Shown: positions 41,841 through 51,453, counted from the stretch's first letter. The stretch is 64,000 bases of DNA from a bacterium (GCA_965205865.1 CBDBHR010000030.1:224001-288000), one strand, 5' to 3'. Notes: generated by a model from the sequence alone, not told the origin. Numbers and translations: made by a program.

Positions 41841-42838
41841 ATATTTCAAAAAAGCTGGAACCTAATGCCATCTATTGCGGAGATTCCAGAGTATTGCTCA
41901 AAGGAATTGAAGCGGAATCGATTGCTCTCAGTGTATGGTCGCCTCCCTACTATGTCGGAAAAAATTATGAGAAGGACTTAACTTTTAAGGCTTGGAAAGA
42001 ATTATTGAAAGAAGTCATTCATTCCCATTTTCCGATTATCAATCCAGGCGGGTTTCTGGTAATCAATATTGCTGACATTTTATGTTTTAAAGATGATTCA
42101 ATGCCGAGGATAATGGCAGAGAATGTGTCTCGAAGGAAAATAAATCTTTCAAGTGAAGAAATAGTAAAGGCCAAAGAGAAGAATCCTGATTGGAATAGAT
42201 ACCAACTGGCGGAGCACTTCAATTGCAGTGAACAAACCATTGACAGAAGACTTAATGGCAACAATATCAGGGGGGGGAAATATCAATCTCAGACAAGAGT
42301 CTTCTTGGTCGGCGGTTTTATTGAAGAAGCGGCACTGGAAGCAGGCTTTTATTTATATGATCGTCGCATATGGATCAAAGACGCAGCCTGGGAGAACTCG
42401 AGATGGCACACGATATCCTATCGCTCAGTAGATGAATCCGAATATATTTACATATTCTGGAAGCCAGGTATAACTAAAGTAGATCGTGCAAGATTGACTA
42501 AGCAGGAATGGATTAATTGGGGTTCGAGGGGAATCTGGGAGATTTCATCAGTTCGTAGTAATTCTGATCATGATTCTAAATTCCCGGTCGAGTTGCCAAG
42601 AAGATTGATCAAGCTCTTCACTGATCCTGGTGAAATTGTACTTGATTGTTTTATCGGTAGTGGAACCACCGCAGTTGCTGCCCTGAGTGAAACAAGACAA
42701 TATGTCGGCATAGACAAAGAGAGCAAATCGGTCAAAATTGCACGAAAAGCCGTGGCATCATTTAATGACCATAAAAAAGAATCAGTACAAATGGAGTTAA
42801 TGATCCGAGAAATTGAAGCGATTTATAATGTGGGATGA
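41828..42838 (+). CDS. Beta-class N4-cytosine DNA methyltransferase with internal HTH insert
   Basis: WSPPY ... FPVELP..LI ... VLDCFIGSGTT; insert NRYQLAEHFNCSEQTIDRRL. Confidence 0.88.
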   Translation: MAIIDISKKLEPNAIYCGDSRVLLKGIEAESIALSVWSPPYYVGKNYEKDLTFKAWKELLKEVIHSHFPIINPGGFLVINIADILCFKDDSMPRIMAENVSRRKINLSSEEIVKAKEKNPDWNRYQLAEHFNCSEQTIDRRLNGNNIRGGKYQSQTRVFLVGGFIEEAALEAGFYLYDRRIWIKDAAWENSRWHTISYRSVDESEYIYIFWKPGITKVDRARLTKQEWINWGSRGIWEISSVRSNSDHDSKFPVELPRRLIKLFTDPGEIVLDCFIGSGTTAVAALSETRQYVGIDKESKSVKIARKAVASFNDHKKESVQMELMIREIEAIYNVG

Positions 42839-42888
42839 TTGCCTAATTTGCACAAACACATGATAGAGGCAAAGCGCTAAAAAGCGAA

Positions 42889-43220
42889 TCACATCTCCTT
42901 GCGGGAGGAAATCACGCGGTCGATCAGACCGAACGCCAAGGTTTCTTCTGCAGTAAACCAATTGTCGCGGTCGATAGCCATTTTGATTTCTTGATAGGTT
43001 TTACCGGTGGCCTGGTAGTAGATATCAATGATGAAATCCCGGGTTTTGAGGATTTCATTGGCTTGGATTTCGAGATCCGTGGCCCGCCCTTGATAGCTGG
43101 TTAAAAGCGGTTGGTGGATCATGATTTTGGAAAGGGAGAAGGCGAAACGACGGCTTTTGTTGGCAGCCAGACTGAGAATCGAGCCCATGCTGGCGGCAAA
43201 TCCGGCAACAATCGTCGTGA
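42889..43220 (-). pseudogene. C-terminal half of a ClpP protease gene, cut by mini-element copy 2
   Basis: GFAASMGS, IMIHQP and DRDNWFTAEE..FGLID motifs; the 5' half is absent. Confidence 0.85.
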
Positions 43221-43221
43221 A

Positions 43222-43570
43222 GGGGTCAGGCTTGCAAGTTTGCAATTTAAGAAAACATTATTAGGTTGAGTTCTATTAACCGCTCTTGGAGATTTGTGGA
43301 TTCCTTCAATCTTTCTCTCAACTTATGCACTCCACGACTGATAGTAGAATCATCTCGATTGAGAGCATTTGCCACTTCCCGGATTGTTGCAGATTTCCAA
43401 TCGAAGACTTATAAAAGCGACGAGAGTCGCTGTCGTCGAAAAAATACGTTGGCCCCCATTGCCTCGAAGTATCACATGTTAAAGCGTGCAAGGGTCGTAC
43501 AAACGCGTTTTCCGAGACATCTTGGCAAATTGAAAAATACCCATTTTTGCAAACTTGCACAGCCTGACCC
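43222..43570 (-). mobile_element. RAYT-derived mini-element, copy 2
   Basis: Same ends and interior as 40425..40789. Confidence 0.88.
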
Positions 43571-43815
43571 GGTTTCTTACGTATTGATGGAATAGTGTTT
43601 TTACCGTTTCACTTCTTGAACTTCATCAAGTGATTTCTTTTCTTTGTGGTTGACATGGATTTCTCTATAAACTATTTTTTGAACAGACATCATCTTTGAA
43701 CAGACATCATCGGGAATAAGTTCAGGGTGTGATTTCGCAAAAAAGGGGAAATCTTGAACGCTGTAAAATCAATGGTTAGGTGGTACGACGCGTTTCACAG
43801 ATCTGAGTGAATGCA

Positions 43816-44195
43816 ATGTTCATTGCCTGCTAATAATCACATTTGCAATTGCCGTAATCGTTTCGTTCCTGGTTGTCATACTTTTCCGGAAATCCATTGC
43901 CACGATTCTAGGTCGGATCGTGGCCGAGAAGATCAGAGAGGTGTGGTAGCAGTATTTAACATTCGCGATCTACGTTGTGGGGGTGTCCGGCGGCGTACGG
44001 GTATGGGACCTGGAGAAGTACATCACCCCGAGGCCCGAGGAGGCCGAGGCCATAGTGCTCAACCCCGAGCGCTGGACGTTGGAGGTGTACCGCACTGTCA
44101 TCGGCACTTTGCAAAGCATTGCGTGGATGCTGCTTGCGTACGTGATCGTTCGGGGTTTGGAAGCAAAGCGTTCGAGGCCGCCTGCCGAGAAGTAG
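43816..44195 (+). pseudogene. Small membrane protein with frameshift and internal TAG
   Basis: Reconstructs to MFIA/LIITFAIAVIVSFLVV...IREVW*QYLTFAIYVVGVSGGVRVWDLEKYITP... Confidence 0.6.
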
Positions 44196-44279
44196 AATTG
44201 CCACCTGATCTGGGAGGTAGCGGTATTTCTCAGCCATGTCACCGCGTCAGCCTTTCGTCAGCAAGAAACGAGACCACTA

Positions 44280-45079
44280 ATGTCAGACCCAAAACACACT
44301 GCATACGAGCGTTTGAAGGAGCTTCACTCCGAAGCCGAATCGGCGACACACGCGTGGACAAAAATGGGAAATTTACTGAATGGCGTCAGAAAGTGCAGTC
44401 GGCACTGCGTCATTTGTTCGACGAGAATCGCCAACAACTCAAATCATTCAATTCCGTGCGTTATGTTCCACCTATGTTCTTAACGGGCATGCCGGACAGC
44501 GTGTTCCACAATTCATTCATAGGCGGTATGAAAACCGCTAGTGGAATCATACGCTCCGCAATTCAAGAATATGAGGATTACGAACAGCAAGCTGGTCACG
44601 ACGTCGATCACACTTCAGCCGACGGCAACTCTACCATCTCCCGTAAAGTTTTCGTCGTTCATGGTCACGACAACGAAATGAAGGAATCGGTCGCAAGATT
44701 CCTTGAGCGCCTCGACTTTGAAGCGGTCATTTTACACGAACAAGCAAGCGGCGGTGACACGATCATCGAGAAGTTTGAACGCAATGCGGACGTTAAATAT
44801 GCAGTCGTACTCTTGAGTCCGGATGACGTTGGCGCAGCAAAGGATAAATCCAATACACCGCAGCCAAGACCGCGCCAGAACGTAGTCTTTGAACTGGGCT
44901 ATTTCGTCGGGAAGCTTGGGCGGTCGCATGTCTGTCCACTGGTTCGTGAACCTCTGGAACGTCCGTCTGACATTCACGGTGTTGTCTACATCCCATTCGA
45001 CGAGGGGAATTGGAAGATTCATCTTGTCAAGGAACTCAAAAATCTTGGGTTCGAGGTCGACGCGAACAAGGCAGTCTAA
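44280..45079 (+). pseudogene. TIR-like nucleotide-binding domain protein (CAP12/Pycsar-type TIR), frameshifted
   Basis: VFVVHGHD, TIIEKFE, LLSPDD, RQNVVFELGYF and PSDIHG motifs. The N-terminus from ATG 44280 shifts frame near 44350. Confidence 0.75.
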
Positions 45080-45168
45080 TATTGAATCGGTCAACCGGAG
45101 CGGTGATTGAGTACGGAATCAAAATTGTCAGATCGCTGGCCACCGCTAGGTTAGCTCAGGTGTTTTGC
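45074..45168 (+). other. Degenerate integron attC-like site
   Basis: GTCTAAT overlaps the stop codon; AACCGGAGCGGTG pairs with CACCGCTAGGTT with a bulge; ends GTTTTGC just before the next RBS/ATG. Confidence 0.6.
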
Positions 45169-45183
45169 GGAAGGGAGATAGAA

Positions 45184-46455
45184 ATGAAGAAAGTTATTTT
45201 CAACATATTTCTCGTCATCTGCGTTGCGGGAGTCGCTTTCGCACAGTCGGTCGAAAGCGAGATTCGGGAGTTTGCCGCACGGGAGTATCCCAACGACTCC
45301 CGGATGCGGCAGTATGTTTACAAAGAGCAGATTGCGGCACACCGGTATATGGTTACCGCCAAAGATGCAGACGTTAAGCGAATTGCCATTCGAGAATACC
45401 CGAAAGACTACGCAATGCAGAAATATGCCTATTATGAACAACTCTCAGCAAAACGATACATGACCACCGTGAGAAATCGCGAGGTCAAACGAATTGCTCT
45501 GCGGGAGTATCCGAACGATTATTCCATGCAGAAGTATATATATGATGGGCAGTTGTCAGCAAAACGGTACATGGAAACTGTTTCTGATCAAGACGTGAAG
45601 AGGATGGCGATGCACGAATATCCGAATGATTATTCTATGCAGAAATACATCTATGACAATCAGCTATCGGCAAAGCTGTATATGTCCTCCGTTAGAGATC
45701 ACGAGATCAAATCAATTGCCATGCGGGAGTATCCGAAGGATTATTCGATGCAGAAGTATACATACGATGAGCAATTGTCAGCAAAACGATACATGGAAAC
45801 TGTTTCTGACCAAGACGTAAAGAGGATCGCGTTGCACGAATATCCGAATGACTATTCTATGCAGAAATACACCTATGACACTCAACTCACCTATGATACT
45901 CAACTCGTGGCCGACTTCGAGGCTTGGGTCACTGGAGATCGCTTGTATCGCAGAACATGCCCCAACAGCAAGTGTGGTGTTGTTGGGATTTTAATGTTCA
46001 GGGAAAAGGCAACAGTTTACGAAGAGAAAAACGGTTGGGCCAGAGTGTCGATGTATTACAATGCGGCTTGCCGAAACGGCCTGAGTGAGTACGTTGATTC
46101 AGGCAACGCGGCTTGCACTGAGAGCAACGGCATTGTCGACAGTCGCATTGCTGAATGGGTATCCATTAAGTACCTCAGCAAGACGCGTCCCCCCGATCCG
46201 AGCGCAGGTGCTACAGGAGATTACGCACTTGTTAGTGGCTCAGACGACTACCGCAAATACAAAGATATATTTGCCCGGACAGCCTCCAAGCTCATCGCTT
46301 CTGGCCAGTGCACTGCACGAGACTTTAAAGAAATAGGCGGCTGGCTGAAATCCATGAACTTCAAGGACAGTCCCGTGTACTTTACCTACTGTGGTGGGAT
46401 GATCGTTCAGAACCGGTTGTATCTCAATGCAGCCACCGGGGAAGTATTCAAATAG
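45184..46455 (+). CDS. Secreted protein with six ~38-aa repeats and an SH3-like/Cys-rich C-terminus
   Basis: Signal peptide MKKVIF...VAFA; repeats A.REYP.DYSMQKY.YD.QLSAKRYM; VYEEKNGWARVS SH3b-like motif. Confidence 0.8.
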   Translation: MKKVIFNIFLVICVAGVAFAQSVESEIREFAAREYPNDSRMRQYVYKEQIAAHRYMVTAKDADVKRIAIREYPKDYAMQKYAYYEQLSAKRYMTTVRNREVKRIALREYPNDYSMQKYIYDGQLSAKRYMETVSDQDVKRMAMHEYPNDYSMQKYIYDNQLSAKLYMSSVRDHEIKSIAMREYPKDYSMQKYTYDEQLSAKRYMETVSDQDVKRIALHEYPNDYSMQKYTYDTQLTYDTQLVADFEAWVTGDRLYRRTCPNSKCGVVGILMFREKATVYEEKNGWARVSMYYNAACRNGLSEYVDSGNAACTESNGIVDSRIAEWVSIKYLSKTRPPDPSAGATGDYALVSGSDDYRKYKDIFARTASKLIASGQCTARDFKEIGGWLKSMNFKDSPVYFTYCGGMIVQNRLYLNAATGEVFK

Positions 46456-46508
46456 ACACATTTGGCTTTGCTTAGCAAATATCATTCTAAAGTGAACGAT
46501 GCTGTGAA

Positions 46509-46818
46509 GGGGTCAGGCTTGCAAGTTTGCGAATTTAAGAAAACATTTTTAGGTTGAGTTCTTTTAACCGCTCTTGGAGATTTGTGGATTCCTTCAATCT
46601 TTCTCTCAACTAATGCACTCCACGACTGAAAGTAGAATCATCTCGATTGAGAGCATTTGCCACTTCCCGGATTGTTGCAGATTTCCAATCGAAGACTGAT
46701 AAAAGCGACGAGAGTCGCTGTCATAGAAAAAATACGTTGGCCCCCATTGCCTGAAGTATCACATGTTAAAGCGTGCAAGGGTCGTACAAACACGTTTTCC
46801 GAGACATCTTGGCAAATT
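46509..46818 (-). mobile_element. RAYT-derived mini-element, copy 3 (right end missing)
   Basis: Left end and interior conserved; runs directly into the next copy at GGCAAATT/GTGAA. Confidence 0.85.
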
Positions 46819-46823
46819 GTGAA

Positions 46824-47828
46824 GGGGTCAGGCTGTGCGCCAGGAAAGCTGGCAAGAAATAGAGAGTGAAAGTCTCTTACTCGGTAAGGCAGTAACGACC
46901 CGCCGAGTCCCCGAGTCATGAGTGGTTATTCGCAAGGATAGGCGCTAAGCGTTGACAGGGGAGAACATAGGCTCGGTATTGAGCTCCGAAATCATAGTTT
47001 CAGGCGCTGACCTTGTGGTCTGGTGGGGAAGGCAATATCGACCGAAGGCGTTAGCGCGAGTCTCGGTCGAGCCTGGCGGAGTCAAAGACCCGGCGCATGT
47101 GTGGAAGTTTCTTGATCGGAACCTGGGAGATCCTGAAGACGACTGTCAACATTCCATTGGTAGTCGGATCGGGAAAATTAATAAATAACCCCGATATCTA
47201 CGTCTTCAGGAAGTCGGACAAGTTCGTAGTAGCGATGAAGCGGCGAACAATGAGATCATTTGCAGAGAGTAACAATGCAAAGGAAATCAACGGAGCCTGT
47301 GGAGCAAAGGGACTTGGCTGAGAGGAATTCTGCTTGCCCTCCTGTGTTCGTAACTCAGAGGCCGGTAAAATCAGAGAGCGGTTTAAGCAGGGTGCGCCAA
47401 ACGGCAACGTTTGAGCGTCTGACTCGAAGCAGGAGCCGGATGCGTTAGCAGCGCAGGTCCGGATCTGTACCGGAGGAATGACGAAAGGTGGCTGGAAACC
47501 ACTATAAGTCAGTTCTTTACGGTGACTGCAAGTTTGCAAATTTAAGAAAACATTTTTAGTTGGAGTTCTTTTAATCGCTCTTGGACATTTGTGGATTCCT
47601 TCAATCTTTCTCTCAACTTATTCACGCCACGACTGATAGTAGAATCATCTCGATTGAGAGCATTTGCCACTTCCCGGATTTTTGCAGATTTCCAATCAAA
47701 GACTGATAAAAACGACGAGAGTCGCTGCCATCGAAAAAAATATGTTGGCCCCCATTGCCTCGAAGTATTGCATGATAAAGCGTACCAGGGTCGTACAAAC
47801 GCGTTTTCCGAGACATCTTGGCAAATTG
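46824..47828 (-). mobile_element. RAYT-derived mini-element, copy 4, split by a group II intron
   Basis: GGGGTCAGGCT at 46824..46834 resumes as TGCAAGTTTGC at 47527. Confidence 0.88.
46835..47526 (+). mobile_element. Group II intron (family A, copy 2), ORF-less
   Basis: Starts GTGCG and ends GGTGAC; domain V GAGCCGGATGCGTTAGCAGCGCAGGTCCGGATC. Removing it restores the element terminal repeat exactly. Confidence 0.92.
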
Positions 47829-47832
47829 TGAC

Positions 47833-48199
47833 GGGGGCAGGCTTGCAAGTTTGCGAATTTAGGAAAACATTTTTAGGTTGAGTTCTTTTAACCGCTCTTG
47901 GAGATTTGTGGATTCCTTCAATCTTTCTCTCAAATTATACACTCCACGACTGAAAGTAGAATCATCTCGCTTGAGAGCATTTGCCTCTTCCCGGATTTTT
48001 GCGGATTTCCAATCAAAGACTAATAAAAACAACGAGAGTCGCTGTCATCGAAAAAAATACGATGGCCCCCATTGCCTCGAAGTATCACATTAAAAAGCGT
48101 ACCAGGGCCGTACAAACGCGTTTTCCGAGACATCTTGGCAAATTGAAAAAGGTTAAAATTTAAAGAATACCCATTTTTTCAAACTTGCAAGCCTGACCC
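47833..48199 (-). mobile_element. RAYT-derived mini-element, copy 5
   Basis: Both ends present (left end variant GGGGGCAGGCTTGC). Confidence 0.88.
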
Positions 48200-48243
48200 G
48201 TTTCTTGAAAATCTGATCCTTTTTTAGAATCGCTCAATTTAGG

Positions 48244-48267
48244 TATAAATCAGTTCTTTACGGTGAC
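48244..48267 (+). mobile_element. 3'-terminal remnant of a family A group II intron
   Basis: TATAAATCAGTTCTTTACGGTGAC followed by TGCA, as at 47527. Confidence 0.7.
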
Positions 48268-48497
48268 TGCATACTTGCGTATTGGTATTTTTATCGTTTC
48301 ATAGGTGAAGAGTCTCCCTCAGAATTCTCTCGGTTTTTATATTTCTTCAGGAAGCCTTAGAGGCCTTTATCCCTCCTGTTTCCCATGCAGGACTCTCATC
48401 GTGGAGCCAATCAGAGGGCCTCCGTCCTTTTCTTGGAACCACCGATTCCAACATCCTTTTCCATGCAATTATTTAATACAAATATGCAAGCCTGACC
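48268..48497. mobile_element. Second mini-element subfamily (ends ...CTTGCGTATTGGTATT / AATACAAATATGCAAGCCTGACC)
   Basis: Inverted ends related to 51251..51450; different interior. Confidence 0.65.
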
Positions 48498-48770
48498 GTA
48501 TGCGGTAACGACCGCTCTTCTAGTGGGTTGAAGTCCCACCAAAGTAATTATCCGTTCGCTTTGTAGGCAACGGGAGCAGCGTGGGAGTAATCTGGGGTTG
48601 TAAGTTCCCGACGCCAAAACAACGGGCCGTAACGAAAGTGAACCTAGATGTAGCCTCGAAACTTGAGTCGAAAGCGCCGACCCTGTGGTCAGAAGGGAAA
48701 GGCTGTTATCTCACGAATTAGACAACGGATTTCTTCGTGAGGGTTTTCCGGGGTAGCAGGGATGGCACCG
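48498..48770 (+). mobile_element. Group II intron (family B), 5' domain I fragment only
   Basis: Begins GTATGCGG; GTGGGTTGAAGTCCCAC hairpin, CCGTAACGAAAGTGAA and GCCGAC...GAAAGGC domain I-like motifs; truncated. Confidence 0.7.
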
Positions 48771-49095
48771 CAAAGAAGAAACGCAAAAAAGCTTCCTCGC
48801 CCGACTGATCAACCCCTTCCATCAGTAGGAATCTCTTCCTCAAAGGTGCCCCCTCAGGGGGCACTTTCTCTCTCGCAATCAGTGTTCCAAAGATTGGTTC
48901 AAATAACGTCTCGTTGTCAAATCGAACGTTATTCTGAGCCGCCATTTTTGCCCCTTGCAGCGAAAATGGTCGGACTCCAGAAATTTGTTATGGAAATTAT
49001 TGAAAATACGCTGTATCTAATAATCCAAATTAGGTGGTTGCAAAAAGGAACCTCTGATGGTAATTTAAAAACCACACACTTATAAAGGAGTTCAC

Positions 49096-49323
49096 ATGGC
49101 AACCGCGGTAAAACTATCAGATGATCTTTATGAAAAAGCAAAGATTCAATCAAAGGTTTTTAAAAGGTCTATTGCTGGTCAAATTGAATACTGGGCAAAA
49201 ATAGGACAAATGATTGAAGAAAATCCCGACCTCCCACTTCCGTTTATTCAAGACATTCTGGTCGGAAGAGAACAGATAAAATCAGGTCAAGGCGCTCCGT
49301 ATGTATTTGGAGAGGGTGAATGA
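49096..49323 (+). CDS. ParD-like antitoxin
   Basis: MATAVKLSDDL...RSIAGQIEYWAKIG..IEENPDLP family signature; AAGGAG RBS. Confidence 0.85.
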   Translation: MATAVKLSDDLYEKAKIQSKVFKRSIAGQIEYWAKIGQMIEENPDLPLPFIQDILVGREQIKSGQGAPYVFGEGE

Positions 49324-49610
49324 CCCGGATTACAGAAATAATCCAGTCACCTATTTTTGAAAAACAGAAAAAGAAACTGCGCAAACCGCAGATTAAAGAC
49401 CTGGATAAGGCTGTAAAGTCTATCTCCAATGATCCTACAATCGGAGATATGAAAGTAGGAGATCTGAGGGGTATCCAAGTTTATAAGTACGAATCAAAAA
49501 ATCAGCAGATCCTTTTAGCCTATGAAGTAATTGATTCAACTTTATTTTTATATACGTTTGGATCACATGAAAACTTTTATCGAGATCTGAAAAAATACCT
49601 TCAACGATAA
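49320..49610 (+). CDS. RelE/ParE-family toxin
   Basis: PTIGDMKVGDLRGIQVYK...LLAY...GSHENFYRDLK; ATGA overlap with the antitoxin. Confidence 0.85.
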   Translation: MTRITEIIQSPIFEKQKKKLRKPQIKDLDKAVKSISNDPTIGDMKVGDLRGIQVYKYESKNQQILLAYEVIDSTLFLYTFGSHENFYRDLKKYLQR

Positions 49611-49633
49611 TTCTTCGCCTCCATTCAACTCTA

Positions 49634-49762
49634 TAATAACGTTGAAGTCAGTCGCTTTCAACCCAACCATGGACTGTGATTGAAACGAGTGATTCCATCA
49701 AACACAGAAAAAAATTAGGAGTCGCTAATGAGTGGAAGTCGGTCTGCACTGACTGGTTGGAA
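49634..49762 (-). other. Integron attC-like site
   Basis: Minus strand reads TTCCAAC-CAGTCAG-TGCAGACCGAC...GCGACTGAC-TTCAAC-GTTATTA: R''/L''...L'/R' architecture, 129 bp. Confidence 0.75.
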
Positions 49763-49876
49763 AATCCTGCCCAAAACTCATCGATACTTTTTCTTTTTCT
49801 CCTCGACGACTCCGTTTATTCGGTATTCCGTGTTCTTGCTCCGCTCAATGCCCTCATAATTCTGGTTTTCATGAAA

Positions 49877-50241
49877 GGGTCAGGCTTGCAAGTTTGCGAA
49901 TTTAAGAAAACGTTTTTAGGTTGAATTCTTTTAACCGCTCTTGGAGATTTGAGAATTCCTTCAATCTTTCTCTCAACTTATGCGTGCCACGACTGATAGT
50001 AGAATCATCTCGATTGAGAGCATTTGCCACTTCCCGGATTGTTGCGGATTTCCAATCGAAGACTGATAAAAGCGAAGAGAGTCGCTGTCATCGAAAAAAA
50101 TACGTTGGCCTCCATTGCCTCGAAGTATCACATGATAAAGCGTACCAGGGTCGTACAAACGCGTTTTCCGAGACATCTTGGCAAATTGAAAAAGGTTAAA
50201 ATTTAAAAAATACTCTTTTTTGCAAACTTGCAAGCCTGACC
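49877..50241 (-). mobile_element. RAYT-derived mini-element, copy 6
   Basis: Both ends and interior conserved. Confidence 0.88.
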
Positions 50242-50336
50242 ACGTTTGACCCCGTTTCAAGCGCTGTCTATCAGGATGAAAAACCTTTCGCGGCCGAGCC
50301 GATCTTTTCCCCATTAAAAACCATGAGTCATAGGCG

Positions 50337-50908
50337 ATGAGACTGAAAGCAACTGAAGAAAAAATTCATTCAACAGAAGCCTTTTGTGAAATTACAAGAT
50401 ACCTACTCTCTAACCCTCTTTCTCCTGTAGTTGCCGGAAAGGATGCTCGGGAACAGTTAGAAAATCATAGACTTCAAAAGAATATAGTAGCGCATATGCT
50501 TTGCGCGATAATAGTAGAGAACACGATAAAATACTCTGGGAAATGGAACACAATAAAGAATGTGAGTACTCACACAATATTCATAAAATCTACGGAGAAC
50601 TTTCCAATTCAACAAGAGCAGAATTGAAGAGCACGTATGACAAGCAAACAGCGGTATTCGCAGCAATAGAGGGAAGCATAAATGGGAAAAAAGTAAAACT
50701 TGGTGATATTGTCCAATTGGCCTCACTCGAACAAGCATTACAATCCAATGAGATTACAATGAGAAATTTCAAATATGACAACAAATTTCGGGGCAAAACC
50801 AGCGTGATTGCAAACGCTATATGGGACGCAAAGACGATTTGGATTCTACCATCCGGGCACAAGCCATTCGCTGTGTCCTTGTTCGAATACATGAAGGACC
50901 GTGTCTAA
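50337..50908 (+). pseudogene. Hypothetical gene, probably frameshifted
   Basis: Overlapping ORFs 50337..50627 and 50501..50908; no motif recognised. Confidence 0.4.
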
Positions 50909-50998
50909 ATTCATATTTTCCACAGACACGATCATGAGAAATTTGAGGATGAAAGTCTAAAAAGGAACTTGAAAGTCATGAATAACTAGGTTTTCTTT

Positions 50999-51250
50999 TC
51001 ATAGAGGATCAACCGGTCGAGTAAATTTTTTTGCTTTCGTCTGTTTGTGGCGTCCTCGTTTCTTATTTTGAGGTTTTGGAGGATAGAGCTTGAGTACTTC
51101 TTGGCTGATGTCGTGGTAGCGTTGCCGGAAGCGATCGAGTCGGGTTCGACTCAAAGCAGATTGTCCTTTGGCTTGGTCTACTTGCTCTCTGATCTGCAAG
51201 AATAACTGATTCATTTCCTGAACCCAAAGAGCCTTTTCTTGTTCATAAAT
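50999..51250 (-). pseudogene. IS66-family transposase fragment
   Basis: W..EM.QL...RY......PP....KKRGR.KQTKA resembles the IS66 transposase mid-region. Confidence 0.6.
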
Positions 51251-51450
51251 GGGGACAGACTTGCGTATTGGTATTAAGAATTTGTCTTTAGTGCATGAGT
51301 TTTTCATCCATCTGAGGATTGACTCTCATCTGGGTTTGACATGGCAATGCTTTGTCTGTTCAGCAAGGAAGATCTCAGAAAGGAACCAAGTCTCAATCCT
51401 TTTTCTGAGTGCCATTTCACAAATTAAATACCAATACGCAAGCCCGACCC
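51251..51450. mobile_element. Second mini-element subfamily copy
   Basis: GGGGACAGACTTGCGTATTGGTATT ... AATACCAATACGCAAGCCCGACCC inverted ends. Confidence 0.75.
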
Positions 51451-51453
51451 ATT

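Noticed and set aside
43811-44279. Long N-terminal extension of the TIR protein (422 aa ORF)
   Set aside because: It overlaps a more plausible membrane-protein pseudogene in another frame; the true start is probably 44280.
45250-45900. DGR template/variable repeat pair
   Set aside because: Differences between repeats are mostly synonymous and not adenine-specific; there is no intact RT; these are ordinary protein repeats.
46489-46508. Possible left half of an attC cut by mini-element copy 3
   Set aside because: AGTGAAC...GTGAA is too short and degenerate to support a call.
40425-50241. Mini-element copies as a CRISPR array or protein-coding genes
   Set aside because: Units are over 300 bp and irregularly spaced; the ORFs on both strands are frameshifted transposase remnants.
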